Assembly (NCBI RefSeq): GCF_963921235.1
Contig: NC_086097.1
Coordinates: 224,628,001-224,692,000 of the forward strand
Direction of reading: 5' to 3'
From: Mobula hypostoma
Taxonomy: Eukaryota
DNA: 64,000 nt
The notes below the pieces were generated by a model. It saw only the letters and a program-made list of their open reading frames with translations. It did not search any database and was not told where the DNA came from. Of this stretch, positions 12,595 through 25,485 are shown piece after piece; the first letter of the stretch is position 1, and each line of letters opens with the position of its first letter. Made by a program: the position numbers and the translations under genes.

Positions 12595-13515
12595 CAGAAG
12601 AATCAGAGTCAGGTTTAATAAAGCAAAGGCATCCATTAGTCTTGTGAGACCATGGATCTGCACCTGGAAAGTCATCACTCTCCAGGGCGCAGGCCTGGGC
12701 AAGATTGTATGGAAGACCAGCAGTTGCCCATGCTGCAAGTCTTCCCTCTCTATGGCACCAATGTTGTCCAAGGGAAGGGCATTAGGACCCATACAGCTTG
12801 GCACCGGTGTCGTCGCAGAGCAATGTGTGATTAAGTGCCTTGCTCAAGGACACAACACGTTGCCTCAGCTGGGGCTCGAACTTACAACCTTCAGGTCGCT
12901 AGTCCAATGCCTTAACCATTTGGCCACGTGCCCACACCAGGTTTAATATCACTGGCATGTATCACGAAATTCGTTAACTTTGCAGAAGCGGTACAATGAA
13001 ATACATGACAAATAAATACAGAATTTAAAAAAATCTGAATTATAGTAAGTATACACAGTAAATTTTATGTCTATTAAATAATTAAGTTAAAATAAATAGT
13101 ACAAAAAACAGAAATAAAAAAGTAATGAGGTAGCGTTCATGGGTTCAATGTCCATTTAGGAATTGGATGGCAGAGGGAAAGAAGCCATTCCTGAAACACT
13201 GAATGTGTGCCTTCAGGCGTTTCTACCTCCTTCCCGATGGTAACAGTGAGAAAAGGGCATGTCCTGGGTGGTAGAGGCTCTTAATGATGGACGCTGCTTT
13301 CCTAAGGCACCGTTCCTTGAAGATTACTTGGATATTACAGAGGCTGATGATGGAGCTGAATAATTTTACAAGTTTCTCCAACTTACTTCGATCTTGTGCA
13401 ATAGTGCCCCCTATACGAGAAGGTAATGTAGCCAGTCAGAATGCTCTCCAAGGTACATTTGCAGAAGTTTTTGACTGTTTTAGTTGACAAACCAAGTGTC
13501 CTCAAACTCCTAAAA
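12595..13515 (-). mobile_element. Rex1/Babar LINE 3' end, tail interrupted by SINE
   Basis: aatcagagtcaggtttaatatcactggcat tail; homologous to + strand copies at 30985-31425 and 42485-43125. Confidence 0.8.
12621..12937 (-). mobile_element. tRNA-derived SINE, same family as 7165-7469
   Basis: Reverse-complement similarity over ~310 bp; 11-bp TSD caggtttaata (12610-12620, 12938-12948). Confidence 0.9.
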
Positions 13516-14344
13516 TGGGATAGTTGATGAATGGCTCATTCCTAGAGTACTTTTAGCATCTCTTTTATATACAGTTGCAAAGCTGCCTTCTCAGCAGGTT
13601 ACCCACAGCTGTAATCTGTCGCACTGGCAATTATGTTTAATGTTCATGGCAGACACTTGTACCAAAGATGGGACACACAAGCAAGGAATCATTGGTACAC
13701 AGAATTAGAATCAGAATGAGATGAAAATCGGAATCAGAATCCAGTTTATTGTCAGTGACATTAATTGTGGAATTTCTTGTTTTGTGGCAGCAGTACAACA
13801 CTGACATAAGAAATTAGTATAAGTTTAAATAAATGGTGCAAAAGAGGAAGAGTGAGGTAGTGTTCATGGGGATTGAAGAGCAAAGGAGGAAGAGAAATAT
13901 TACAGTGAATGGGAGAAAAAATGCTATCACATGAATGAACAATATTTACTTCATTGTCTGATTCACATTTGTGAATTATCATTTATTAAACCTCAACTAA
14001 CATAACATTTCCTGTAACATGCATTACCTTAAGGGGCATGATGTGTATAATTGTTTTCTTTGCTGAAGATTGATTGCTGGATTTCCGCACATTTAACTTG
14101 ACTGAGATTTATTGGCCTGGAATCTGCGGCAATAACGATGACAAAATTACCAATGCTCACCATCATTATTCAGTGTGACTGACACCAACACTGGGATTTT
14201 TGTATGTACAGAGACTAACATGCAAATCCTGAAGTTTCTGTCAGTGATATACACAAATTCAAAACTTACACTTTTTGCAGCCTTCATTAGTACAATCCAA
14301 CTGAAATACATGAAATTAAGCACCTTGAACACAGCCCTCAAAAA

Positions 14345-15905
14345 CCTGGATTGCATTAAATCCCATCTTCCGGCTATATTGGACCCTTTCCAGTTTCTTT
14401 ATTGTTCAAAAGGGTCCACTGATGATGCTATGGCCTCTGTACTCTACTCTGTCCTGTCCCACCTGGGAACTAGTGCTTCATATGCCAGGATGCTGTCCGT
14501 TGACTTCAGCTCAGTGTTTGATATGATCATCCCTCAGAAGCTAGTGGATAAACTGCCCTTGCTGGGTCTTAATGCCTCTCTCTGTAATTGGATCTTGGAC
14601 TTCTTGACAGAAAGACCACAGTCAGTCCATGTTGGCAGAAACATCCCTAACTCCATCACACTGGTGCCTGCAGGACTGTGTGCTCAGCCCGCTGTTGAAG
14701 CACATCTTCATTGCTAGATCCAGTTCAAACCAAATCACTGAGTTTGCTGCTGACATAATGGTGGTTGGCTTCATCCACAGCGATGATGAGATGACATACA
14801 GAGAGGAGGAAGCACAGCTGGTAGAACAGTGCAAGCACAACAACTTGAGTCTCAACATGGAGAAAATCAAAGAGATGATTGTGATCTTTAGAAAGACACA
14901 GGCTGACTTCTCCTCACTTCATACAAACGGCTCCTCTGTGGAGGGCACCAAGTTTCTAGGAGTGCACATAATGGATGATCTCATCTGGTCCCTCAACATC
15001 ACCTCTTTAGTCCAGAAAGCACAACAGCATCTCCACTTGCTGAGGAATTTGAAGCAAATGAGGCTCCCCCACTTCCCTCCCTTTCCCCACCCCCATTTTA
15101 ACCCTTTTGACTAATTTTTACAGGAGCACCATTGAGAGTTTCCTGACCAGCTGCATCACTGCCTGATACGGGAATTGAAAGGCATCTGACCTTTATAGAG
15201 CGTAAGTTCCTACAAAGGATTGAGAGGATCGTCAAGGCCTCTCTTCCACCCATCTGAGGCTTGAAGCTCCTTCAATAATTCCAAAAGACTGAAGCAGGGT
15301 AAACACTGAAAGGCTTTTATTCGCAGTAAGACGTGACCCCCATGCTGAGTATCTGCCCCTGGTCTGAGGGGGTGGAGCAGGGCAAAAACGCCTTTATTCA
15401 GGGATCTGTGGGAGGAGCCACAGGGGCAGTCAGCAGAGGGGTGTGTCCAGACAGTTAACCCAGTTACAACATATATATATGGTTTACCACAAGGCTTCTA
15501 TCAAGGGCATTGCATATGTAGGACCTTTATCATTGTCAATGATCCCTCCCAACCTTCCCACAATCTGTTTGAACTGCGCCCCTCCGCCCCCATTCCCACA
15601 TCGGGCAGGAGGTACCATAGCATTAGGACAAGGACTGTTAGGATGGGAAACAGCTTCTTCCCCCAGACTGTGAGACCACCAAATTCCTTGCCACCATCCA
15701 GATCTCATCGCGTATGAAGCTGCAGTAGTGTTATACTGTTTACTTTTTATCTGCCGTCGTAAGTGCACCTTATTATTTGTTAGTTTATTTGTGGTAATAT
15801 TACTTAATGTGCTGTGTGTGATTTATATGCACTGTGCTCTGCAGCTATTTCTTTTGGCGGTATACATGTGCACGGTTGAATGACTAGAAACTTGAACTTG
15901 AACTT
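14345..15905 (+). mobile_element. Rex1/Babar LINE RT fragment (pseudogenised)
   Basis: LDPFQF...YARMLSVDFSSVF...[25 protein letters not shown] (FADD-like); (ttgaac)n tail. Confidence 0.9.
15262..15491 (-). mobile_element. Solo LTR (230 bp) inserted in Rex1
   Basis: TG...CA termini, 5-bp TSD AGGCT (15257-15261, 15492-15496), minus-strand AATAAA. Confidence 0.8.
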
Positions 15906-16634
15906 CAGCTTGAATTAATTATCACAACTTAGCAGCACTATGACGGCAGACCATTTTGTACTGAAAATGGCTTTGTTTTTTAATTCTAATTTTGTTTTCT
16001 CAAAAAAATGTGTACAATTTCTGTTTAGTTTATGTTTTTTTCATGTGAATACTGCTTATATGATGCTATGTGTCAGCAACACTGCTGCGATTATATCTTT
16101 CATTGTGACTGTACTTGTGCATTTGACAATAAACTCGATTTTGGACTTTCTTACAGATCAGTCCCACTGTAAAATCTTAGGTTCAGTGACAAAAAGTCTA
16201 ACAGGTTAGTAGGTTAATTGGACACATTGGGTGTATCTGGGCCAGAAAGACCTCTTACTATGCTGTACTTCTAAGTAAAATAAAAATAAATCTCTTCTAA
16301 GCAGTTTTAAAGTAAGTGTTAGGCAGTTCACATTGTAAGAATGACCAATTCCATGATTCGGCACTTCACATGAACAAGGACCTGATCAGCATGGCATTGT
16401 GATGCTGAGTGGACACAACAATAAATGATCATCCAACAAAATGAACAGTTGTGCAAATAATCTGGACATCCGGCTGACATCGAACAATTAGTTTAATGAG
16501 AGTGATTTTAATTTTAATCCCTGCTTATGTAAAAATCAGATGTAATACTTCTTGCCACCTAAACCTCTGAACTGTTATTCACTGTTTTTTCCTGTCAAAT
16601 ATTCTTAGTTATAAAGATTAGAGATCTAGAAAAT

Positions 16635-18495
16635 TATAAGGCGAGCAGGAAGGAGCTTAAGAATGAAATTAGAAGAGCCAGAAGGGGCCATGAGAAGGCC
16701 TTGGCGAGCAGGATTAAGGAAAACCCCAAGGCATTCAACAAGCATGTGAAGAGCAAGAGGATAAGATGTGAGAGAATAGGACCAATCAAGTGTGACAGTG
16801 GAAAAGTATGTATGGAACCAGAGGAGATAGCGGAGGTACTTAGTGAATACTTTGCTTCAGTATTAACTACGGAAAAAGACCTTGGTGATTGTAGGGATGA
16901 CTTACAGTGGATTGAAAAGCTTGAGCATATAGATATTAAGAAAGAGGATGTGCTGGAGCTTTTGGAAAGCATCAAGTTGGATAAGTAAATGGGACCGGAC
17001 GGGATATACCCCAGGCTACTGGGCTGAGCTTCTGGCAATGATCTTTGCATCATCAGTGGGGATGGGAGAAGTTCTGGAGGATTGGAGGGTTGCAGATATT
17101 TTTCTCTTATTCAAGAAAGGGAGTAGAGATAGCCCAGGAAGTTAAAGAACAGTGAGTCTTACTTTAGTGGTTGGTAAATTGATGGAAAAAGTCCTGAGAG
17201 GGGGGATGTATGAACATTTGGAGAGGTGTAGTATGATTAGGAATAGTCAGCAAGGCTTTGTCAAAGGCAGGTTGTGCCTTACGAAACTGATTGAATTTTT
17301 TGAGGATGTGACTGAACACATTGATGAAGGTAGAACAGTAGATGTAGTGTATATGGATTTCAGCAAGGCATTTGATAAGCCTTATTGAAAAAGTAAAGAG
17401 TCATGGGATCCAAGGGGACCTTGCTTTGTGGATCCAGAATTGGCTCGCCCACAGAAGGCAAAGAGTGTATGTAGACGGGTCATATTCTGCATGGAGGTCG
17501 GTGACCAGTGATGTGCCTCAGGGATCTGTTCTGGGACCCCTTCTCTTCGTGATGTTTATAAATGACGTGGATCAGGAAGTGGAGGGATGTTAGTAAGTTT
17601 GCTGATGATACAAAGATTGGGGGTGTTGTGGATAGTGTGAAGGGCTGTCAGAGGTTACAGCGGGACATTGATAGGATGCAAAACTGGGCTGAGAAGAGGC
17701 AGATGGAGTTCAACCCAGATATGTGTGAGATGGTTCATTTTGGTATGTCAAATATGATGGCAGAATATAGTATTAATGGTAAGACTCTTGGCAGTGTGGA
17801 GGATGAGAGGGATCTTGAGTTCAAGTCCTTAGGACACTCAAAGCTGCTGCGCAGGTTGACTGTGTGGTTCAGAAAGCATACAGTGTATTGGCCTTCATCG
17901 ACCGTGGGATTGAGTTCAGGAGCCGAGAGGTAATGTTGCAGCTATATAGGGCCCTGGTCAGACCCCACTTGGAGTACTGTGCTCAATTCTGGTCATTTCA
18001 CTACAGAAAGGATGTGAAAACTATAGAAAGGGTGCAGAGGAGATTTACAAGGACTTTACCTGGATTGGGGAGTATGCCTTATGAGAATAGGTTGAGTGAA
18101 GTTGGCTTTTTCTCCTTGGAGCGATGGAGGATGAGAGGTGACCTGATAGAGGTGTATAAGATGATGAGAGGTATTGATCATGTAGATAGTCAGAGGCTTT
18201 TTCCCTGGGCTGAAATGGCTAACACAAGAGGACACAGTTTTAAGGTGCTTGGAAGTAGGTACAGAGGAGATGTCAGGGGTAAGTTTTTTTACACAGAGAT
18301 TAGTGAGTGCGTGGAATGGGCTGCCGGTGACGGTGGTAGAGGTGGTACAATAGGGTCTTCTAAGAGACTTCCTGGACAGGTACATGGAGCTGAGAAAAAT
18401 AGAGGGCTATGCATAACCAAAGTCGGTATATGTTCAGCACAGCATTGTGGGCTGAAGGCCTATACTGTGCTGTCGGTTTTCCATGTTCTATGTTC
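16635..18495 (+). mobile_element. CR1 LINE ORF2 3' half with 3' UTR
   Basis: [47 protein letters not shown]; frameshifted; (catgttct)-like tail. Confidence 0.95.
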
Positions 18496-18939
18496 TTTAA
18501 GTAGTAAAGGCTCTCTATACATGGGTGAAAATGCTGCCTTTACATTGGCTGTGGCAGATTCCAATCTCTTTCTCTCAAAAACACATTTTTTATTTTACAT
18601 CATAAAACACAACGTCTTCCACCATGAGTTGTATTTTCCTACAGCATTTATTCTGCTCGGTGTAAGTTGTTCAATATAATGATGTTATTATGAATCGCAG
18701 CCAGTTATACTATACAAATAAATGCTTAAAAATCCATGGAAATGACTGCTGTTCTCTTGATTCAGTCACTTGTGGATTTATTTGCCTGGAAATGCTGTTA
18801 TGTGCCAATTATTTTAAATGTTCTTATATTGTAAGTCTCACCGTATGACAAGGCATTGTGCAAAACAGACAAAGTAGCTCTCTCCTTCGTCCATGCAGAA
18901 TGGATACCTGCACTTCCATAAATGTGATGTGATAACATG

Positions 18940-19160
18940 CAGTGGCATGGCAGGGTAGCGATAAGCACAATCACTTTACAATGGCAGTGATTTCGGTTTC
19001 GAATCCTGGTGCTGTTTGTAAGGAGATTGGACGTTTGCCCGTGACCATGAGTGTTTCCTCCTACCATCCAAAGGTTATGGTTTGGGTTAGTAAATTGTGG
19101 GCATGCCATGCGAGCACCGGAAGCACATTGCTACTTATGGTCTGTCCCCAACCCAATCCT
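18940..19160 (+). mobile_element. V-SINE-like (HE1-related) SINE
   Basis: tRNA-like head with GGTTTCGAATCC B-box followed by V-domain-like tgtaaggag...gtttgcccgtgaccatg...gtttcctcc. Confidence 0.7.
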
Positions 19161-19169
19161 TGTTTAATA

Positions 19170-19292
19170 GCTCTTACTCGCTCTTCTTTCAGTTAGTCCT
19201 GACGAAGGGTCTCGGCCCGAAACGTCGATTGTACCTCTTCCAATAGATGCTGCCTGGCCTGCTGCCTTCACCAGCAACTTTTATGTGTGTTG
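19170..19292 (+). mobile_element. Short Penelope pseudo-LTR fragment
   Basis: Near-identical to 62755-62875 (ctcttac...gtgtgttg). Confidence 0.85.
19195..19230 (+). ncRNA. Minimal type I hammerhead ribozyme (best-preserved stem II)
   Basis: AGTC CTGACGA A GGGT-CTCG-GCCC GAAA CGTC^GATT. Confidence 0.85.
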
Positions 19293-19788
19293 ATCTATAT
19301 TTCTTGAATATTTTCCCTCAGACTCCGTGCTCAATCCCACTACAACTTTCCAGTCATACAGGCAGGAGTGGAACTTATCACATCCACATGCTGCTGCTAA
19401 AGGCCGACTTTCCATGTTGGTGTACCCTGTTTCTGTTTATTGTACTTCAGATACAAATGCTAGCAATGTGTCACATTGTTCCTCACAAATTCTCAAGTTC
19501 AGAGTGGTGGGTCTTCCCATTTTGGTAACCTAAAACATGTAGTTAATTTTAATTCTTTGTTTTTTTTTAGCCTCTTATGATTAGGTTTTCCAATTCATGG
19601 AATTTTACCTCCTTCATTTGTCGTCAGCTTGTCATTGCTTTGTTTCTTTAAGTATCATCTCCTTTCCGGTTCTTAGGGTGTAGCCTGAATGGTATTTTGT
19701 TACATTGTGCTCCCATATCCAAGCTGAGCTTGAGGTTGATGGATATGGGTTTATTTCTCAGCTTTTCTTCTGATCTGGAGCACGCATG

Positions 19789-21826
19789 CATTGTTCCCTC
19801 TAACTTGTAATGACTGGTGTGTGCAAAAATCTTGTGCTGTGCCCAATGACAACAACATGTGCACACTGAATAATTTCTTCAATATTCATTCATTCAAGTG
19901 CCTTGCCATTCGGCGTGGGCAATCATGTCTCTCCATCCATCACGGTCCCTGACCCTCCGAATTGTCGTTGTTGCCTCCCCTGTTTCTAACCATGATGTTA
20001 TTCCACCTATCATTTTCATTCTGCCTGCTTCTGCTTCTTTTTCCTTCCAGCTTTCCAGTTGTAACTAAATGTTCTAATGTCTTTCTTTGCATGATGTGTC
20101 CAAAGAATTTTGACTGCTGTTTTCTGATTTTTTTTTTAAGTAATGTATGTTTTGTTTTTGTTCTCTGTAGAACTTCTTCATTGGTTATCCTGTCCGTATA
20201 TGATATGCATAGTATTCTTCTGAGGAACCACATCTCTGCTGCATTGATTCTTTATTCCATTGCATTTGTGATGGTCCATGACTCACGGCCGTACATCAAT
20301 ACAGGAAGAATGTAGCAGCTGAGAGTTCTAAGGCGGATGTCAATTGCTATTTTCTTGTTCATTAGGATGTTTCTCATTTCTGTAAATGCTGTTCTTGCCA
20401 TTGCTATTCTTGCTTTTATGTCTGTTTCACATTTGCCATCAGATGTTACCCATGATCCAAGGTACTTGAAGTTGTGAACTTGTTTCAGGATTTCATTTCC
20501 CAATACCATCCTACACTTTGGGATATCAGGTTTCTTTGATATTACCATTACTTCAGTTTTCTTTTTGTTTAAGGTTAGGCCAAGTCGTTTGCTCTCTGTG
20601 TTGATGGTAGATACTAGTTTCTGTAAATTTACTTCACTGTTTGCTATCAGTACTGTATCATCCGCATAGCGGAGGTTATTGATATTGTATCCTCCTATAC
20701 TTATTCCAGGTAGGTCTTGTATGGTTCTCATGATGTTCTCACTGTACAGGGAGAACAGGTCTGGTGATAGAACACAACCCTGTCTGAGTCCTCACTTTAT
20801 TGGCTGATATTCATCAATCTCGTTGTCTATCCGTATGGCTGCACTTTGTTGCCAATAGAGATTCCTGATTGTTCTTAGATCTTTTCTGTCGATATTAATA
20901 TCTTCAAGCATTTTCATGATGACTTGATGTTTCACTGTGTCAAAGGCTTTTGTGTAGTCAATAAAACAGAAGTATAGTTCTTGTTGTACTTCTATTGACC
21001 TTTCGATAACATTCCTGAGAATATAAGTGGTGTTTGATGTTCCCTTGCCTTTGACAAAGCCGCACTGTTCTTCACTGATCTCTGGTTTAGTTTTGTTTCT
21101 TATTCTGAGCATGATGATTCTAAGTAGAATTTTTGTGAGGTGGCTCATTAAACTAATAGTTCTGTGTTGTCCACACTATATTACACCTGGTTTCTTTGGC
21201 AGTGCAATGAATACTGTCTTTAAAAGATCTTCTGGTACCTTGCCACTGTTGTATATTCTATTCAATAAGATTGTTAATTTCTCTACACTAAAATCTTCTA
21301 GAGCTTCATACAGTTCAACCGGAATGTTATCTGGTCCTGATGATTTCCCCTTTCGCATTTTCTTCATAGCATGTTCCACTTCTTCTTTCAGTATTGCTGG
21401 GCCCTCGTTGTTGTTGCCAATATCAAAGTTGTCCTCTCGGTCTTTGTTGCCGTATAGGTCTTTGATGTATTCTGACCATCTTTGCATTATTTTTTCCTTT
21501 TTCCATAATTGTAGAGCCGTCTTTTGCTTTTATACATTCTGTTATTGCCCTGCTTTTCTTCCAATTTATGACCATTTGATCTCGTCGTGCACTATAAACA
21601 GTGTAAATAAGCCAGTTCTAAGATCTGCAGACAAATCACAGCAAACTCCACATGGTCAACACCGTCCACATCAGAAACCAGAAAAGGAAATGAGTTTGTG
21701 TATGATCCTGAAATATACTTAACATGTCAACGAGGTAGAGGGTGATAAGCTTTTGTGTGCAGGTTAAATTCCTTTGTGTGCTAATAGCAAAAGATATGAG
21801 CGCGTGCACATCCTAGAGGGACATTG
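19789..21826. mobile_element. hAT-like non-autonomous DNA transposon split by RTE insertion
   Basis: TIR-like ends cattgttccctcta / tagagggacattg; partial 8-bp TSD cacgcatg / ggtgcatg. Confidence 0.55.
19885..21560 (-). mobile_element. RTE-clade LINE, 5'-truncated
   Basis: GKSSGPDNIPVEL, CFIDYTKAFDTV, NNLRYADDTVLIA, FKYLGS, MWFLRRILCISY; (TGAA)n tail. Confidence 0.93.
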
Positions 21827-21974
21827 GGTGCATGGATTAGATGGTTTTGGAAACTGCTGCATTTAGTCTCTCCAAGTAGGTATGTGACTCCATTAACTGA
21901 AGTTCTCTCTAGCTCTCTACCCTATCCTGTATTTAGTGTTTTGGGCATTGTTAATAGGGCCAGCACTTAAATAT

Positions 21975-22620
21975 AAAAGGTTGGCTTTATTTGTCAGATG
22001 TACATTGGTTAAATTGGTTATTTAGTATCAAGAGCATCATTTAGTGCTGGGTGGTGGGGTGGAGATATGCCTCTACCAAATGAGGTGTAAGGCACTCCTT
22101 CTCTCCACTAGCCTGTAGATCACCCATGGGCAAGGTTTAGCAACTGCTTAAGCCCCTGATCAGGGTCACGTGGAGCCATAGAACTGGGGGGGGGGCGGGC
22201 GGGTGCATGGTCAGATGAGCAGTTGGTACATATCACAAGTTCTGGTTATGCGACCACTGACACCAGGCTGACAATCTTTGAAGAGCATTGATAATGGCTG
22301 GGGTCACGGTGTCGTAAAGACACTGCCCACTAGAAGGCAACAGCAAACCACTTCAGCAGAAAAAACTTTGCCAGGGACAGTCATGGTCAAGGAAAGACAA
22401 TGATTACCTAAATGAATGAACGAACGAGCATCAAATCAAGGATTGTGCTGAGCAACCTTCCAGTGTCTCCACGCTTCCAGCCTAAATCATAAACTTTGGA
22501 ATGTGGGAGGAAACCAGAACATTCAGAGGAAACTCACACGTTCACAGGGATTATATACAAACACCTTACAGGCAACGGTGCAAATTGAACCTGGGCATTA
22601 GCGCTCTAAAAGCGTTAAGT
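21975..22620 (-). mobile_element. V-SINE-like SINE interrupted by RTE-related element
   Basis: tttggaatgtgggaggaaaccagaa...gaaactcacacgttcacaggga V-domain in reverse; tail ctttatttgtca. Confidence 0.65.
22040..22425 (+). mobile_element. RTE/BovB-related non-autonomous retroelement
   Basis: gaaggcaacagcaaaccacttc (Bov-A/RTE-like motif), (gaat/gaac)n tail, 8-bp TSD gagcatca (22032-22039, 22426-22433). Confidence 0.7.
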
Positions 22621-23011
22621 TCTGTGAGAGCAACATGGTACTAACAACTTTCCATTTTAACAGATTTTCTAACTTAAGAAGAACAGCCTGTTTCTGAATT
22701 ACAGGGTATTATTAAGATTGAAAATTATGAGATAGACTTGGAAATGGTGATACTGATCTTTATGTTTTTGTGCTTCTCTTCCACAACAATACCAATTAAT
22801 ATGGTGAGCAATGTGAGAGATGTGAACTTAGGAAAAATTGACTATTCAGCTACCTAAGCAAGTTCCACCATTTAAGAAGGCCACATTCAAAGTTCAAGGG
22901 TCAAAGTTCAAAATAATTTTTAAATCAAAGAATTTGTACATCACCATATACAACCCAGAGGTTCATTTTCTTGTGGGCATACTCTTTAAATCTATAGAAT
23001 ATATATATAGA

Positions 23012-25485
23012 ATATAATGGGACTATGATGTTGTGGCCATTACAGAGACTTGGATGTCTCAGGAGCAGGAATGGCTGGTGAGTGTGCCGGGCTTTAGATG
23101 CTTCAAAAAGGACAGGGAGGAAGGCAAATGAGGTGGGAGAGTGGCACTGCTAATCAGGGATAGTATCGCGGCTGCAGAAAAGGAGGAAGTCATGGAGGGA
23201 TTGTCTACTGAGTCATTATGTGTGGAAGTTAGAAACAGGAAGGGGACAGTAACTCTACTGGGTGTTTTTTATTGACCCCCCTAATAGTAGCAGAGTCATC
23301 GAGGAGCAGGCAGGGAGGCAGATTCCAGAACAGTGTATTAATAATAGGGTTGTTTTGATGGGTGGTTTTAATTTCTCTAATATCGACTGGCTGGAGTTTT
23401 TGAAAGATATTAACTTAGATAAATCGACAGGACCAGACGAGATGTACCCCAGGCCACAATGGGAAGTGAAGGAGGAGATTGCTGAGCCTCTGGCGATGAT
23501 CTTTGCATCATCGATAGGGACGGGAAAAGTACCAGAGGATTGGAAGGTTTCAGACCTTGTTTGCTTGTTCAAGAAAGGGAGTAGAGATAACTCAGGAAAT
23601 TATAGACCAGTGAGTCTTACTTTAGTAGTGGGCAAGTCGTTGGAGAAGATCCTGAGAGGCAGGATTTATGAACATCTGGAGAGACATAATCTGATTAGGG
23701 ATAGTCAGCATGGCTTTGTCAAGGGCAGGTCATGCCTTATAAACCTGATTGAATTCTTTGAGGATGTAATAAAACACATTGATGAAGGTAGAGCAATTGA
23801 TGTAGCGTACGTGGATATCAGTAAGGCATTTGCTAAAGTTCCCCATGCGAGGCTCATTCAGAAAGTAATGAGGCATGGGATCCAAGGAGACCTCGCTTTG
23901 TGGATCCAAAATTGGCTTGCCCACAGAAGGCAAAGGGTAGTTGTAGATGGTTTGTATTCTGCATGGAGGTCAGTGACCAGTGGTGCTCCCACAGGGATCT
24001 GTTCTGGGACCCCTCCTCTTTGTGATTTTTATAAATGACCTGGATGAGGAAGTAGAAGGGTGGATTAATAAGTTTGCTGATGACACAAAAGTTGGGGGTG
24101 TAGTATGTAGTCTGGAGGGTTGTCAGAGGTTACAGCAGGACATCAATAGGATGTAGAACTGGGCTGATAAGTGGCATATGGAGTTCAACCCAGATAAGAG
24201 TGAAGTGGTTCATTTTGATAGGTCAAATTTGAAGATAGAATATAATATTAATCATAAGAAGCTTGGCAATGTGGAGGACCAGCGAGATCTTAGGGCCCAT
24301 GTCCATAGGACACCCAAAGCTGCTGTGTAGGTTGACAGTGTTGTTAAGAAGGCATATGGAGTGTTGGTATTCATCACCCGTGGGATTGAGTTCAAGAGCC
24401 ATGAGGTAACGTTACAGCTATATAAGACCTTAATTAGACCCCACTTGGAGTATCGTGTTCATTTCTGGTCACCTCATTACAGGAAGGATGTGTTAAGGAT
24501 CCGGCCTGAACACTGGGTTGAAGAGCCCCTGCTGGTAGCTCTGGATCACGGCAGTCTTTAATTTCTGTTTTCTTTCACCTGGCCATGTGGGTTTTGGCCC
24601 AGCCCCTTTCCTTTTTTGGACTTCTTCCAATTACCTGCTTGTCTCCTCATTTGCACCCACCTGTTCCTAATTTTCACTCATTACCCTGTCCATTTAAACC
24701 CTGCCTTGAGTAGCATTCTCTGCCAATTTGTCCCAGATTCTGACCTGTGTTGTTCTAGCCTATCATTGTGATGTCTGCCAACTGATTTTGCTTGATTCTG
24801 TGTTTTGAATTTTGCCTGTTCCTGGACCTGATTTTTGCCTGTGTGCTCTGGATTGTCTGCCCTTGCCTGATTGCCTTTCCTGGTAAGACCTCTGCCTGCC
24901 ATTTTGGATTTGTGCCTGCCTTCTGTTTTTGAAAGACTGTTGCCTTTGTGCTCCCTAATAAATCCTGGTGAAGAAGTGTTTGTTGGTTTGCACTTATCCT
25001 GCTGAAACCTGACAGAACCTGACAGGATGTGGTTACTATAGAGAGAATGCAGAGGAGATTTACAAGAATGTTGCCTGGATTGGAGAACATTCCTAATGAG
25101 AGTAGGTTGAGTGAATTTGGCCTTTTCTCCTTGGAGTGACAGAGGATGAAAAGTGATCTGATAATGGTGTATAAGATGATGGGGGGCATTGATTGTGTGG
25201 ATAGCTGGAGGTTTTTTCCTAGGGTTGGAATGGATAATATGAGGGGGCATAGTTTTAAGGTGCTTGGAATTAGGTACATGTAGAGGCATGTTAGAGGTAA
25301 CTTTTTCACACAAAGCAGTGGGTGCATAGAATGCCCTGCCAGCAAAAGTTGTAGTGGTGGATAATAGGGTCTCTTAAATAGGTAGCTGGAGGGAAATTTT
25401 CAGCAGCTTCTAGGGTTGGTTACATGGTTGGCACAACATTGTGGGTCAAAGGGCTTGTAATGTGCTGTAGGTTTTTTAAGTTCTA
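23012..25485 (+). mobile_element. CR1 LINE ORF2 (APE endonuclease start, internal deletion, RT, 3' end)
   Basis: YDVVAITETW endonuclease motif, jump at ~23390 to KSTGPD...NYRPVSLT...KFADDTK. Confidence 0.93.
24491..25024 (+). mobile_element. Gypsy-like solo LTR (534 bp) inserted in CR1
   Basis: TGTTAAG...CCTGACA termini, 5-bp TSD GGATG (24486-24490, 25025-25029), TTTAAA box and AATAAA (~24957); CR1 frame resumes exactly afterwards. Confidence 0.88.

Noticed and set aside
17864..18679. Longest ORFs (271, 258, 246, 243 aa) as host genes
   Set aside because: All are CR1 or Rex1 ORF2 fragments or their alternative frames, with frameshifts and no exon structure.
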